DNA of 63,585 nt, filler included, from Chrysochromulina tobinii (lineage: Eukaryota): the NCBI GenBank assembly GCA_001275005.1. It is 6 parts of 6 records of this genome, joined end to end, with 100 filler letters (N's around TTAATTAATTAA, not from the genome) between each part and the next. Parts side by side here need not be neighbours in the genome. Positions count along the whole stretch, not along the records: positions 19,663 to 40,610 come from JWZX01000274.1; 5 more parts are not named here. One strand, 5' to 3'. The position numbers and the translations under genes were made by a program. A model generated the notes under the pieces. The model searched no databases and was not told the origin of the DNA. It was given only the letters and a program-made list of their open reading frames with translations. Shown piece by piece: positions 23,264 to 35,895 of this stretch (positions are counted from its first letter, which is position 1; every line of letters begins with the position of its first letter).

Positions 23264-24934
23264 TCACATCGTGTCGGCGAGCACGATACTCTGCTGGTGC
23301 AAACGGCCCGTACCAGCGGCTCCCTTTCCAACGAAGAAGCTCAGCACTTTGAACGAGGTGTTCTCGACCGCGCTCGTCAGAGATCGCGAGAGGGTGCGCA
23401 CAGTGACGATGCAGCAGCTCGTCGTGTCGCCTGCACTGGCTGGAGCAGCGACTCCTCTGGTGAACACTCTGGTGCTGCTGCTCAAGCTGCTGGGTTGATC
23501 GTCTGGTTTCATGGTCTGATTGCTGAGCCCGCGCCTCGTGGCTCCACCAGCCCTGCGGCCGCCTGTCAGGACTCGGCGCCGTACGCCCCGACCTTGCCTG
23601 AGCACAGAGCCGTTACCGCCGAGAGCTACTGTAGGATGCAGCACCACGTTCTCAACGTGATGGAGCGATGTGCGATCGCGGCCGTTGACGCGCTTTGGCT
23701 TGCCGCTAGCGCCGCCCGAGAGAGCAGTACTCGTGCAGTGGCAGATGCCTGAACAACTGAGCCGCGCCGGCCCGAATTCTCGTGAATACGTCTTGAGGTA
23801 CCCAAGCTTGAAGGCCACCGCCCGGTCGAAGTCGCGTGGCTCCGGCCGCCAGCACAGGTCGAGACGAGAGCCAGCCGCATCAGCTCGCAGCCCCGGTTTA
23901 GGATTGCCCGCGCTGCCCTCGATGACAAAGCGCCAGCCGTCCATGCGCAGAGCGTGCTTCAGCATGTCATGCCCGCGGACGCACACGACGGTGCTTGAGA
24001 AGGCGTCATCCGCGTTGTGCTTGAAGTACGGATCTCGCAACGAGATGGGCATGAAGCCCATACCGCCCTCGGCTGGGTAGGACACGGCTTGATCGGGCGC
24101 GCCACCATCTTTAATCTGCAGGATGGATTCCTCGAAATAGTTGCTAACTAAGCGTGCGGCCACGAGCTGACCTGTGTCGGACGGGTGGATGCGATCGAGC
24201 ATCAGATCGCGCATTCGAAGGCCTTCGGTCTCGTTGCGCTTTACGACCTCGAAGAGTGCACCTCGCATCGAGATGCTCGACACTCCCTCGTACCATCTGG
24301 CCATGGCCGTGGCGGCCTCTTCCACCGGCGCCGCGTACGGAAACTCCAAATCGGAGGCATCCACGTAGTTCTTGGTATAGTCGAAGCCACGCATCTTATC
24401 TTTGGGCCAGAACTTGAACATGTGCAGCAGCACAATCGGAGGGCGTTGCGGATAGCGCAGCAAACGGCGCAGCAGACGCTCGTACTCGCGCGGCTCGGGT
24501 GAGTTGACGCTGTACTCGACAAAGATGAGCTGCGCCGTTGACGGTACGTGGAAGCTGAGGCAGCCATCGACATATGCTGGCGTCGAAGCGGGTACCGCGC
24601 CATTAACCCGTCGATGGCCGGGATGTGGGAAGGTTGCATTGAGCCATTGCAGAAATCGGCCGTGCCAGAGAAACATGCCCAGCCGGCGGTGTAGACCGAG
24701 CGTGCTGCCTGCTGAGATGCTGCCACCGACAACTGCGTACTCAAGGGGTTCGCCGGCGATGAGCCGTTTTAGTACGGAGTGCAATCGACCGCGGTCGCGA
24801 TGAGTCACGGAGGCGGTCAACCGGTCGCGGCTTAGCGCGGCCAACGCGCGGGGCGCTTCGAGTGTCCAGGCGGGTGGTATGATACCACTCCCTGCGCTTT
24901 GCCTAAGGATTAAAAAGATCAGGAAGCGCAGCAT
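23264..24934 (-). CDS. secreted SGNH/GDSL hydrolase-like protein
   Basis: Block I VVGGSISAG, block II NGAVPAS, block III EYSVN and block V DRIHP; signal-like MLRFLIFLILRQSAG. An upstream start is possible. Confidence 0.8.
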   Translation of the reverse strand: MLRFLIFLILRQSAGSGIIPPAWTLEAPRALAALSRDRLTASVTHRDRGRLHSVLKRLIAGEPLEYAVVGGSISAGSTLGLHRRLGMFLWHGRFLQWLNATFPHPGHRRVNGAVPASTPAYVDGCLSFHVPSTAQLIFVEYSVNSPEPREYERLLRRLLRYPQRPPIVLLHMFKFWPKDKMRGFDYTKNYVDASDLEFPYAAPVEEAATAMARWYEGVSSISMRGALFEVVKRNETEGLRMRDLMLDRIHPSDTGQLVAARLVSNYFEESILQIKDGGAPDQAVSYPAEGGMGFMPISLRDPYFKHNADDAFSSTVVCVRGHDMLKHALRMDGWRFVIEGSAGNPKPGLRADAAGSRLDLCWRPEPRDFDRAVAFKLGYLKTYSREFGPARLSCSGICHCTSTALSGGASGKPKRVNGRDRTSLHHVENVVLHPTVALGGNGSVLRQGRGVRRRVLTGGRRAGGATRRGLSNQTMKPDDQPSSLSSSTRVFTRGVAAPASAGDTTSCCIVTVRTLSRSLTSAVENTSFKVLSFFVGKGAAGTGRLHQQSIVLADTM

Positions 24935-25413
24935 TGCAAATGGATTTCGAGGAGCTGGCAGCATCGTCCTCAGTAATACTATTACACTCTCACAATCGGT
25001 TTCGGGGGAAAACTCGTTGCGAACTCGTTGCATGTGTGCAACCGAAACAGCACGTGGAGTGGGTTGATAGGGTATATAGCTATCCCCGTTTCCCAGCTTA
25101 TTCCCGGCAGCGTTTGCCGTTTCATTCCGCGTTTCCGGTCACAGATACTACCTCAGAGCTCAGTTGACAGTTCGACGAAATCAATACATGTCTCATGTGT
25201 AACCGTGAATAGCTAAACAGCATCTATTCAGTATACACCCTCAGTCTACACCAGCCCGCTGCTCACAACTGGCTCGACGCTGACTACCCTCGGGCAGCCC
25301 GAGAGATGCGCTCGCAATCTTTCAACGCGTATATACGTGGAGTCCGCCACTCGGCCTCTAGCGGATGTGGTTGGCAAGGGCGGCGCGCCTGTCACAGAGT
25401 GACCACCAACATT

Positions 25414-26192
25414 TCACTTGGCCTCCTTCCCCCGGTACCACTCCACATAGTCATCGAGCAGAAGTGGCCAGGCGCCATCATCCTGCGACATGAAAGGGCG
25501 CGCGCGCGGCGTTCAGGTGTGAGTGGTGCGCTGGGCATGAGACAGTGCGCCGGCCGGCGAGGCGAAACACAGGAATGCTGGCGCACCTGGTAGTTGGAGC
25601 AGTCGGGCGCGATCTCGGTGCAAAAGTTGAGGATCATCGACCACTCGTCCGAGGAGACGCCGCGCTTCTTGGCCGTCTCGTGCTCCTGCAGGAACTCGCA
25701 CATGTTCGGTATGTGCTTTGGGTATGTACTGCCGTGAAGCAGTTGAAGCATGGCGACGGCGGAGTTGACGTCGATTACTTTCTTACGATCTTCGCGGCAG
25801 AATTTGTGCGTGTAGGCGTGCAGCGAGCGCAGCTGGTCCATGCTGCGCGAACTCCTCAGTGCCGAGTAGATTTCTGTAATCAGCTGTTTGAGGCTTTCGT
25901 ACGATGTAGCTGCGCTGAGGCCCTGGACGGCGCCGTGCTTCCACTCCTCACGCGAGAAGTAGCCCATCTGCTTGGCATCGAGCAGCCATGCCAGTACTAG
26001 CACAAGCACGTCGGATGGTTCAACACCAAGTGCTAAGCAAAGTTTCTCAACACCGTCCGGACCGATGGAGCCGTCAGACTTATCCTCGTACTTGTCAAAC
26101 TCGTCCTCAAACCAGGCAGATCGAGGCGCCTTCGTTGTCCCAGCGCTGGCCGAAGAGGAGGTAGGTTTTCTCCCGAACGCGCGCATAGACAT
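25414..26192 (-). CDS. DCN1: DCN1-like protein (cullin neddylation, PONY domain)
   Basis: IGPDGVEKLCLALGVEP, LAWLLDAKQMGYFSREEW and VSSDEWSMILNF. Intron 25586-25483 restores NYQDDGAWPLLLDDYVEW. Confidence 0.92.
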
Positions 26193-26324
26193 AAACTTCG
26201 AAGAATGCGGTCGGAAAAAGAGTTTCTCGTCGCGTTCACACTCATTGATTCACGCCGGCAACACACGCGGCTCCCGGGGGTGTTGAGGTTCTCCACAGTG
26301 TGGGATTTCCTCTGGTCCCACAAC

Positions 26325-29300
26325 TCACAAGCTGGCCGCACATCGCAAGAGCGGGTCAGCGGCCAGGAGGCCGTCGTCGCCACCGCCGGTAGCGCAAGCG
26401 TGGTCCACTTTGCCAAACGATGCAGGATCGATTGGATCGAGTGGATCGATTGGATCAGTCGCGCCGCCCCGAGCGCCGTCCGTTACAGCCGGCGCCTTAC
26501 CCGAGATGGTCGACGTGCCCACCGCATCGCGGAGCACCGATGGGTCTGCCTCATCCTCCCACTCGTCGTCGCGACCAGTCTGTGGACGTGAGGAGCGCGA
26601 TGCTGCTCCCGACGGTATTCTCGGCTGCCAAGAGCGCACAGAGCCGTCGGGTGCCAATGGTCGAGGGTCGGCCGGCACTTGGTCGTCTGTGCGGCGCCCG
26701 TGGTGAGCCTGAAAGTAGCTGCTTGACATCGTCTTCGGGTTGAAGTCAGTGCTCTCCTCTCCCAGCCGGACACGCGAGGAGGTGGGCGCCTCAGGCAGCC
26801 AGGAGCCCACGAGACTCGGGTCGAGCTTCGGGGGCGCGTCAACAGGTGCCACTTGCTTGTCTCTGGACACTGCCGCGTAGTAATAGCTGCTGTCGAGACC
26901 GCCACGCGCGCCCCCCAGGCTGGCGCAGGTGTAGCTAATTGGTGGCGTCCGCTTGCCGTCCGCCGGCCCACCCGGCATTGCGTGCCGCTCCTTGCCCAAG
27001 TCGCGGAGATCCTTGTGCGTGACGCAGTCGTGGCCGCAGCGTGCACACAGGAAAAAGGAGGGATCGTTGTCCTGACGCACCTTGCCACGGCCGTGAAGGA
27101 GCACAGTGGTGCGGCCATGCTTTTGGATGTACGCGTTGCAGCTGCAGCCTTTGGCCTTGCAAGCGCCGCGCGGGATGCCGGTGATGTCTTCGTCGCCCAC
27201 ACCGCTGAACGTGGGTAGCTGGCTCGCGCGGATCGCGCGCTCGGTGCGTCGCGTGCACTCGGCGAGCACGCGCGCCTCCTTGTACGCCTCGAGCAAGATT
27301 GGGTCCCGAGGCGCAAACTCGAGCGCCTTGCACAGGCGCGCCGCCGCATCGGAGCCGCGCTCGAGCGACATGAGCGCCCGGGCCGCGCGAAGATAAGCCT
27401 TCGGCCACTCGGGTGCGAGCTCGATGGCCTTCTCCGCGTCCCGAAGGGACTCCTCGTGCATGTGCAGCATCTCGTACGCGTACGAGCGGTTGGACCAGAG
27501 CTCCTTCATCTTAGGGCGCATCTCGATGGCGTCGTCGAGGTACTTGATGGCACGCCCCAGGTCCATGCCGCCCATGTGGTCGGTGGCCATTTGCTTCAGC
27601 AGTATCGCCTTGCGCTCGAGCTCGAGCTCCTGGGGACTCATCTTGGCCACGCGCTGCGCCTCCTCCACGGCCTCCCAATCGAAATCTTCGGTGATGCGTC
27701 TGGCTGCATTCGCCGTCGCCGACTGCCGCTTCTCCTCGGATGCGAAGGAGCCCGAGATACCGGCGCCCGTGCCGTTCACGCCCTTCTTGGCCCACGAAAC
27801 TCCCTTTGCGTTGCGTATCGCCGCCATGCGCGCACCAATGCTCGCCTTCTTTTGCCGCTCCCAGCCATCTTTGTCGGTCTCGGCAGCCAAGCCACTGATG
27901 CCGCCCATAGCAGCATCCTTTCCGTCAGATCCGCCCGTCGCATTCGTCGCGGCCGCTTCGGCGACCCCAGCCAGGTTGAGGGGTCGGAGCGCGATCACCT
28001 CGCCCTTCGGGAGCTGCACGTTGTACCGGCCTGTCTCACAATTGTACGAGGTGCAGACGCCGCGGCTGCCGTTTAGCGCCGGACGGGCGAGCAGGCCCTC
28101 AATGGTCACTGAACGGCCGACCAGCGACGGTGTGTCTGCCCGCGCGGATGCCTTCGTGGCCGGGAGCAGCGACGGCCGAGGCTTGGCGTCGCCGGAGTCG
28201 CACGGCGCGCACGAAAGCGGGCTACCCGCCGCGTCGGCAGGCAGACTGACTGCGCCGACTGCAGATTGGCGGCGGAGGGCTGTAGAGCGCAATGCCTTCT
28301 CCTCGCCGACTACGCGAGTCTTTGGAAACGTGTGTGGCGCCTCTCCGTGGCCCATGGCAAGATATTCTTGAAGAAGTTCGGGCCGGGAGGCCATTGATAT
28401 CACCTCGGCGACTCCCGCGTCTGCCTCCTCACCTTCGGCAACCTCGCCCTCGGCGGCGTCGCCCTCATCATGCACGGCACCCAGGGACGCACCCGTGGGG
28501 GCCGCCGACGGAGTAGCCGCGATGGCCGCGCGCTCGAGAAACTTGCTCCTCGCGGCTGCCCGCTCCGCTTGGCGCGCTAAAGCCTCGGCTTTCTCCTTCT
28601 CAAGTCGCTCGCCAGTCCCCTCGGGCCTGCTGAATTCCCGCCCGTTCTCGACGTACGTCTCCATCTCGACCGCGCCGTCGAAGCTCGAATCGTACCTGTC
28701 GCCGGTCTGGCGCTGTTTGAGCAGCGTCTCGAATTCTGCCGCCTCGTGAGGCGCCATCTCGACAGTCGCGCGCTCGAGATCGCGCCTCAGATGGGGATTG
28801 TGTGGCTGGAGCAGGAGGGCCTCGTGCCAGTGGAGCGCTGCCTCCTTCCAGTGCCCAAGCTGACCCTCGATCATGCCCAGGGAGATGAGGCCCTCGGTCC
28901 AGCCGGGGCGCTCGCGCACAACCTGCAACGCGTCGGGCAGTGCGAGATCGTACCGGCCCATCCCTATGTGCTCCTTCGCACGCTGGTGGACGAGGAACTG
29001 ATCGTTTGGCGTGTGTGCGATCGCCATTGATAGTAGTTCGACGGCCTCCTCATGCATACCCCATTTGGAGTGGATCGCCGCGAGGTTGCGCAGCGCAAGG
29101 GCTTTGTCAGCAGGCTCGGCAAATTTTTGGATGTCAGCGAGGACCGGCTGGCGCTCAGCAGAAAAGGCTGCCTTCTTGCGCTTCTGGGGCGCATGTCCTG
29201 CGCGGCGCCAGCCTCGGCAGAGCTCCTTTACAGCGAGCCACGCCTGCCGTAGGTCCTTGCTCGCCTCGGGCCCTAGGCGAGAGTCAGCCTTGCAGCCGAG

Positions 29301-31095
29301 CTGAAATGTGCGCATTGCGGCATCATAGTCGCACAGGCGCAGCTCAGACTGGCCGCGAAGCAGGTGGGCACGTCCCTCCTTACGCGCAAGCTCATTCTTC
29401 TGCTGGCGCGTCATCAGCTTGATGCCGAGCTCTTTAGGGTTTTCCCACGGCTTGATGTCGGGGTCGTGCTGAAGCCCGTACATGTAGCACGCCGTGGCAG
29501 CATCTTCAACGGCAAGTGCGAAGCGGTTCGATTGCGCGTGAGCAACTGAGCGCTCGCAGTAGAGCTCCGCATCGTCAACTGCAGCGAGTGGGGGCGGTGG
29601 GACAAGCGAGCAATCGTGTCCACAGTCAGCAAGGCAACGTCGCTAGCAGTGAGTTTGAGGCAGCGGTGGACGTGGCGGTAACGGTGGCGACAGCGAGCGC
29701 CAACGGCAAAGCGTAGCAGCAAAGCGTACCCTTGTTTGTGATGAGCTTGTTAAGCTCGCGTATGGCTTGCTCGGGTCGGCCTAGCCGATTGCATTCCTGC
29801 GCGAGCGCGAATCCAGACAGCGAGACAGCCCCAGTCTCTGGCACGGGCGGCGGTGTGTGTGCATGAGCTGTTAAGCGTGCTACCTCCGCCTGGAGATGCT
29901 TGGAGCTTGGATCGAGATCGAGGGCCCTCGAGTAAGCAGCGAGTGCGTCGTTTGCGCGCCCAAGCCCCTCGAGAGCGGCACCCAGGCGCCCATGCGCCTT
30001 GGAATAGCCGGGGTCGAGCTCGATGGCCTGGGTGGCATCCTCGAGACCCTGCTGAAACTCGCGCATGGCCAGCCACGCCGCCGCGCGGTTGGACAGCAAC
30101 TTGACGTCCGTGGGGCGCCGGCGCAGCGCTTGGGACCATAGTTGCTGCGCCTCGTTGTAGTCACCAGCTTCGTAGGCCATCTTGCCCTGCGCTTGCAGCA
30201 CGTCTGCGTCCGCCACCCGGCCCACACCATGCCAAGAAACCTCGCCCTGCAGTATCTTCGCTGCCAGCGGTGGCGTTGGTGGCGGCGGCGCGGCGGTGCC
30301 AGCTTCTGCTAAGAGCTGCAAAAGCCGCGAGAGCTCCATGCGCATCGCTATCGAGTCGGGTGTTGCCTTGAGGCCACGCTCATAGGCTGCAATGGCCTCC
30401 TTTGGGCAGTTGAGAGCCGCTAGCGCTGCGCCGTGGCGCCCGTGCGCCTTGCCCCAATTTGGTCGCAGCTGCACGGCCTTGAGCGCATCATCGAGGGCAT
30501 CGTCCGCTTGCCCAAGCAGTAGGTGCGCAGCCGAGCGATTCGAGAGCACCGTTGCGTCGTCAGCGCCGGGGGATCCGAGTGCCGCCGTGTACAGCGACAC
30601 CGCCTCGGCGTAGCGCCCTTCTTTGAAGGCAGCGCTGCCGTCCGCTTGAAGGCGCTCTGCAGTCGGCCTAAGAGCTTCCAGAGTGGCCTCGTTCGCAATT
30701 GATGCACTAGGCAGAAGATCTAATGGAGCGCCTTCTAATGAAGAACTAATAGGCAAAGGATCTAACCCAGCGCCCTTCTCTATCACCGGTGAGTTGGGGC
30801 GCACATCGCCAGGCGCGCATAGAAGATCTGACGGCGAAGCAGCGGAAGATTCAGTAACGCAAGTGGCAGCTCCCCTGCATGAAGCGGAAGCCATCTCCAC
30901 CATCGCCTGCTCGACCTTCTTACGCAAACCCATTTTAGAGAACCCAAGGCGCTTGAGCTCTTCTGTCAGCGCCGAACGATCGGTGCGAGCATATGCTGCC
31001 AACCTCTCGAGTGATCCACCGTGGCTGAGAAGGGCGGCGCTCAGTTCTTCCATGCCATGTGCTTCGGAGAGGCCCTGAACCCTGTCGCGAGACAT
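26325..31095 (-). CDS. large multi-TPR protein (~1539 aa) with C-terminal Cys/His cluster
   Basis: Multiple STI1-like TPR triplets (LSNRSAAHL...WGKAHGRHGAAL; WSNRSYAYE...WPKAYLRAARAL). The two ORFs join in frame via GT-AG intron 29729-29579. Confidence 0.85.
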
Positions 31096-31838
31096 CGGCC
31101 AAACATATACAAGTAGGGCGCGAAACTTATAAACTTATTTGTAGTTCCTGTTGTGGTTCACGTTCACGTAAGGTGCCATCTCGGCAAGACGCACGACCGC
31201 CCGTGGAGAGAGATTTGAAACTGACCAAGCTACCTACACATTGGCAGGACCCCCTGAATTGCGGGGGGGAATTTGAAGGGGATGTCGGCGTGTGAGAGTA
31301 TGGCTTTATGGCGGCATGCGACATGGGAAAATTGGACGGCATGCACGACACGGCGGGACACGGGCATGGGAACTTGCTTGTTTTCCTCGTTGCTTGTCGG
31401 TCCCGTGGAGACGTTCCTAAGACGTTCCGAGGTGTAGGCCAGCACGGATGTGTTACCTCCGAGTCCCAGTGAGCCAGACGCCCGCTCCCAGTCCCCGACA
31501 CGGGCCCGGTGGCTGCGTAACTTGTAATTGATTTCTTACGGTCACTTAACGGTTACTCACTTAGGGCCGGTGTTGGACCGGTGTAACTTGAAAATTTCGA
31601 GCACCGCCGAGCGTTGCTGAGGCACATGCTGTCGAGCGCCGCCGCTGGCCGCGCTGCGCACCGTGCAGAGGCCAGAGGCAGAGCGAGCAGCGTCCGAGCC
31701 ACGCGTACGCGACAGAACACGTGACACGCGCGTACGCGACCGTGACATAGTTCAATCCCCGTCAATCAGAGTCGGCGTCCTGAGGTGTCCTACGCTGGTT
31801 ATTTAGTTCTATAGTTGATGATAGAAGACGGCCCGAGA

Positions 31839-32744
31839 TCAGACATCGTCCCCGACCTCGTACTCCCGTTCCTCCTCGCCGTCGCCATATTGCTCGCCGT
31901 CGGTCGATAATCCCAGCTCGCGTAGCCGCTGCAGTGCCGTGGCGTCAGCCTCACGCATGGCGGAGCTTGCCGAAAGCCGCACGCCCATCCGGCGCAGCAC
32001 GTCCTCGACGTGCTCCTCAGTGAGCGCAGCGCCGCAAGACGTGCCAACGCTACTTTCAGACCCGAGGAATTCGCGGGCTCGATAGACGATCAGGATCGGA
32101 AGGTCCTCGTCCTCGAGCGTCTTCTTGGCATCGTGCGCGCACACGCTAAGGAACTTGACCTGGTCGTACTTGGCGGCGATGGCCTCGAGCTTGAAGTGCA
32201 GGCGGACGCTCGCGGGCAAATAGTGCTCCATCAGGTGCACAACCACGAAGGTCTGGTCGCTACCCACATTGTCCACGGCCGCCGGGTATTCGAGTGCATC
32301 GATAGCATCGACATGACCAAACGTCGGAAGGCACGCCGAAGCGGCCGCGGCTTTCTGCACCTGCTGGAGCCGCTGGATGCGATATCTCATGAACTCCACA
32401 TCCTCCTCCTCGTCGTCTTCTTCGTCGACCGCAGCGGCATGGCTCACGGCAGCCTTGGTGCCGCCTCCAGCAAGGCGTCGGTTGGTCTCTTTTTGGCGAA
32501 CCTTGTCGGCCTCTTGTTGCAGCGCGATCATCGCGTAGTGCTGCCGTGCGTCATTCATGACGCCCTTTGCACCCGTGGCCAAGCGGTGCGGCTTGATCAC
32601 GCTCATGTTCGGATCATCGGATCGGAACATGGTCGATATGTTCCCGGTCTCGTCCTCGATACCATCCACAAACTTGCTGATCTCGCGTTCGAGCCTGTTG
32701 CTCGGCAGAAAGCCGTGGTCGGAAGCGAGGCCGTGACTGTCCAT
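31839..32744 (-). CDS. phosducin-like protein
   Basis: TGAKGVMND motif, FMRYRIQRLQQ, and a thioredoxin-fold domain FGHV...FVVVHL...AAKYDQVKF...LPILIVYR. Confidence 0.9.
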   Translation of the reverse strand: MDSHGLASDHGFLPSNRLEREISKFVDGIEDETGNISTMFRSDDPNMSVIKPHRLATGAKGVMNDARQHYAMIALQQEADKVRQKETNRRLAGGGTKAAVSHAAAVDEEDDEEEDVEFMRYRIQRLQQVQKAAAASACLPTFGHVDAIDALEYPAAVDNVGSDQTFVVVHLMEHYLPASVRLHFKLEAIAAKYDQVKFLSVCAHDAKKTLEDEDLPILIVYRAREFLGSESSVGTSCGAALTEEHVEDVLRRMGVRLSASSAMREADATALQRLRELGLSTDGEQYGDGEEEREYEVGDDV

Positions 32745-32770
32745 CTTGTTGTTGGGTCAGGCGTGACAAA

Positions 32771-32819
32771 GATGCTGATTGGTGGACTTAGTTGCCTAAG
32801 TTGGCCGCCAATCAGCATC
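32771..32819. promoter_or_regulatory. palindrome with two opposed CCAAT boxes in a bidirectional promoter
   Basis: GATGCTGATTGG (32771-82) and CCAATCAGCATC (32808-19) form a perfect 12-bp inverted repeat, with inner ACTTAG/CTAAGT. It lies between divergent ATGs at 32744 and 32955. Confidence 0.55.
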
Positions 32820-32954
32820 ACGGCCGCATCTTATGCCGAACTTTCACGCACAGCTCCTGCAGCTAGCCACTATTCCTCTTGATTTTTCGGAGGAGTGTGT
32901 TTCGTCGCGAGACGCGTCCTTCTTGTCATCACAGTGCGCGGCTAGGATTGACAC

Positions 32955-33547
32955 ATGGCAGGCGACGCAGCGAAGAAGACGTTTGCGCAGAATCAGCGCT
33001 GGTTGAACAAGTATCTCCTGATTCTTCTTGGCATCAACGTGCGCCTCGTCTCTCCCCTATGAACGACTCATGCCATCTGCTGATCAGCACCACCATGTGT
33101 ACACTCCCTTCCACGCAGGCGGCATACCTCGTGTTTCGCGTGTACTTCTTATGGAGTAGCTTCTCCGGCTGGCACATTGCTGGTCTGGCCTATACGTGGA
33201 CCGTGTACGTCGTGTGCATGGGCCTCTTCTTCGCGTCGGCAAAGCCCAAGTATGATGAGAAGCAAACGGACAAGCTGGTCTATGGCGGCACAGCGCTTGA
33301 TGAAAGCGGCGGCGTCCTCGAGTACACTTGGGACATGCTCTACGTGACCATGTTCTTGCAGCTCGCGACCGGCTTCGTCTCAGACTGGTGGTGGCTGGTG
33401 CACCTCATCCCGCCTAACGTGGCCTTCTACTTCTTGTGGATAAAAGTAATCTACCCATGGATATCAAGACCCGACCCCGATCCCGTAAACCCCATGATGC
33501 AGCAAGGTGTCAAAGGCCAGAAAGTTAAGTACGGCAAGGCAACCTGA
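32955..33547 (+). CDS. TMEM208: SND2/TMEM208 (DUF788) ER-targeting membrane protein
   Basis: MAGDAAKKTFAQN...; AKPKYDE...LVYGGTAL...LEYTWDMLYVT...SDWWWLVHLIPP; intron 33039-33118. Confidence 0.88.
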
Positions 33548-34657
33548 ATCAGGCATACGATCCTTGCGGCTGAAGTCAAAGGCAGTCTATGCTTGTGCAA
33601 GAGACACGTACAGCAAGCCCTATGTCGCTCAAAATACGTCGACCGGACGCGCTCTACGCTTCTCTACGCACGTTCGCTTCACGCCCGGGACTCCGACACG
33701 AGTCTTCCAGTAATGTGGGAAGGAAGCGTACCGCACCGCGAAACAATGCTGTCAAAAAGAATCGGTCTGGATCGCGTCAACCAGCATTCTCGAGCGATGC
33801 GCGCTAGATTTATTACAGGCCGGCTCGCGTCACCGACACGTCGGAGCGTGAGCGTCGCCGTCGGGATATCCGGGATCGATCACAGACTGCCGGTAAGCCC
33901 GCGCGACCGGGAGTCCGCTGGACGAATCGCCCCATTGCAGCAATCATGCCAAACGTACAATAACTCATGGTACATTGATGCCGAGTCATTTTCGCACGTC
34001 GCTCTAACGTCGCACCGCCCCGCGCCCGGCCGCGCGAGCCCGCGCGGCCGCGCGCGCCCCCGCGGTGCGCGGACCGGCGACCGCGCGCCGGCACGTCCAG
34101 AAAAACCCACACCCACAGAACCGCCTAACGACCCGCGGGACGCGGGAGGCGAACCCGGCGCGCGCGGGACCGCGATTCCGGACTGCGCCCCCGGGTGGCC
34201 GCGCACGAGGGTGGAGGCACCGTCCCCGCCGACGACCGAGCGCGAGCAAAACCCCGGCCGCCGGCGGGACCAGCCCCGACGAGCCGAGCGCAAATTGAGA
34301 TTCGCGCACCGGCAAGCAGTAGTGGTCTACCCGCGGAGACGCGCCCGATGGCGCCCGATCGGCGATCGCGGTTTGAAAACCAAACGTTTCGTGTCTTCTC
34401 GACCGCACGAAACGAAGCGCTGAACCGCTTTCGTCGTCCGCCGTCGGAAAGAAAGTCCATTTGCCTCATTGCGGCATTTCATGCGCTCTGGGCCCAGACC
34501 AGGACCGAGGACCGGACAAAGCGCACTGAAGGCGCAGCGAGGCTGCGTGCCGCCCAACATAGAAACTACTTGGCTGACGGCCACTGCACATCAATCGAGC
34601 TGCTGAATGGCGATCCCGGCTTTCCGTTTGCGTCTTCGTCGGCGAGTTCGCGACGAC

Positions 34658-35743
34658 CTACGTTGCCGTCTGCCGTATGCCCGCGATCACGTTGGCGCTA
34701 ACAATAAGAGCGCCGCCAGCAATTTGCACGAAGCCGATGCTGTCCTTGAGTACGATTGCCGAGAAGATGCACGCAAAGAGCGGCTCCATGGCGTACGCAA
34801 GGGCGGCCGTCGATGCGCGAATGCTACGCTGCGCGTATGACATAGCCCACGTCGTCGCGCCTACGATCATCACGCCATTCCATGCAGCTGCGGTGAAAAG
34901 CCTGTTTATCGCGTTGGCGTTCGCATGACGAAGCCATCGCATCGAGTTGCCCCCCACCTCAAAGATGATGCAGGCTAGCAGCGCGACCAAGTCGAGAAAC
35001 GCATTGGTCGCCACCTGTCCAGTTGCCTGTACCGTGGCATTCACCTCGCCATAAGCGCTCAGCCTCACTGTGTGCATCGCGTAGCTCATCGCAGCGCCGA
35101 TCGAACAGGCAATGCCAAAGGCCGTGTCCTGATCATGGTCTGGCGGGGCATGGGCGCCGCGCGCCTCAAGCAAGTGTGGCACGATGGTGATCATTGCGAT
35201 CCCTCCGAGAGCGAGAAGGCTGGGCAGCACACGAAAGAAGTGGCGGCCGAGCGGAGCGTCACACGACTCCATGCCTTCGAGCAACGGCACGACGACGACG
35301 GACGACTGGACGAGAATGGCGTTGGTCGTCGCCGATGTGCCCGTGAGCCCGATGAGCTGTAGAAGCTGCCCGAAGAAGAGGTAGACGCCGAGTTCACAAC
35401 TGGCCATTGCGGCTCTGCGTGGCGCTTTGGCGCAATCCGCATCAGAATCAGGCACCGGGATGCACTGGCGGCGCTGAAGCGCTTCGAGCGCCCAAAGCAG
35501 TCCCAGCGCGGCCGTGCCAATAAAGTGGCTCACAAGGTTGGTGAGAATGACCGGTGGTGCATGCCGAGTATCGAGCAACATCTTCAGCGACGGCGTGAAC
35601 GTGCCCCATAGAATGGGGACGCTCACGAGTGCTGTGTACGGTAACATCAGCCTGCGGTACGGTAGAGAGCCGGCGGACGATGCCACTGGGCTGGACGAGT
35701 CGAGGACCAGGACGGTCTCCTCATCTGACATCGCGCCCGACAT
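34658..35743 (-). CDS. EamA/DMT-family transporter
   Basis: About ten TM segments; ILWGTF, ELGVYLFFGQLLQLIGL..TSATTNAIL and AQRSIRASTAALAYAMEPLFA. Confidence 0.88.
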   Translation of the reverse strand: MSGAMSDEETVLVLDSSSPVASSAGSLPYRRLMLPYTALVSVPILWGTFTPSLKMLLDTRHAPPVILTNLVSHFIGTAALGLLWALEALQRRQCIPVPDSDADCAKAPRRAAMASCELGVYLFFGQLLQLIGLTGTSATTNAILVQSSVVVVPLLEGMESCDAPLGRHFFRVLPSLLALGGIAMITIVPHLLEARGAHAPPDHDQDTAFGIACSIGAAMSYAMHTVRLSAYGEVNATVQATGQVATNAFLDLVALLACIIFEVGGNSMRWLRHANANAINRLFTAAAWNGVMIVGATTWAMSYAQRSIRASTAALAYAMEPLFACIFSAIVLKDSIGFVQIAGGALIVSANVIAGIRQTAT

Positions 35744-35895
35744 TTTTCATCGTGAACAGTTGTGAACACGCGGCACCAGGCACGAGTAAAACATTTGTGG
35801 CATTCCGCATTCCAATTGTTGTTACATGTATTGATGGCCGGATGTGGGGAAATCTTGTGTACGAGAAAGAGCGTCGTCAGGGCCGCCGCGGTCCC

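Noticed and set aside
33960..34460. Very GC-rich intergenic block with a CGTTTCGTG/CACGAAACG hairpin (~34385-34414); similar blocks at ~31550-31750, 40200-40520 and 44050-44330
   Set aside because: Possibly non-autonomous repeats, but no termini, target-site duplications or second copy could be shown in the window.
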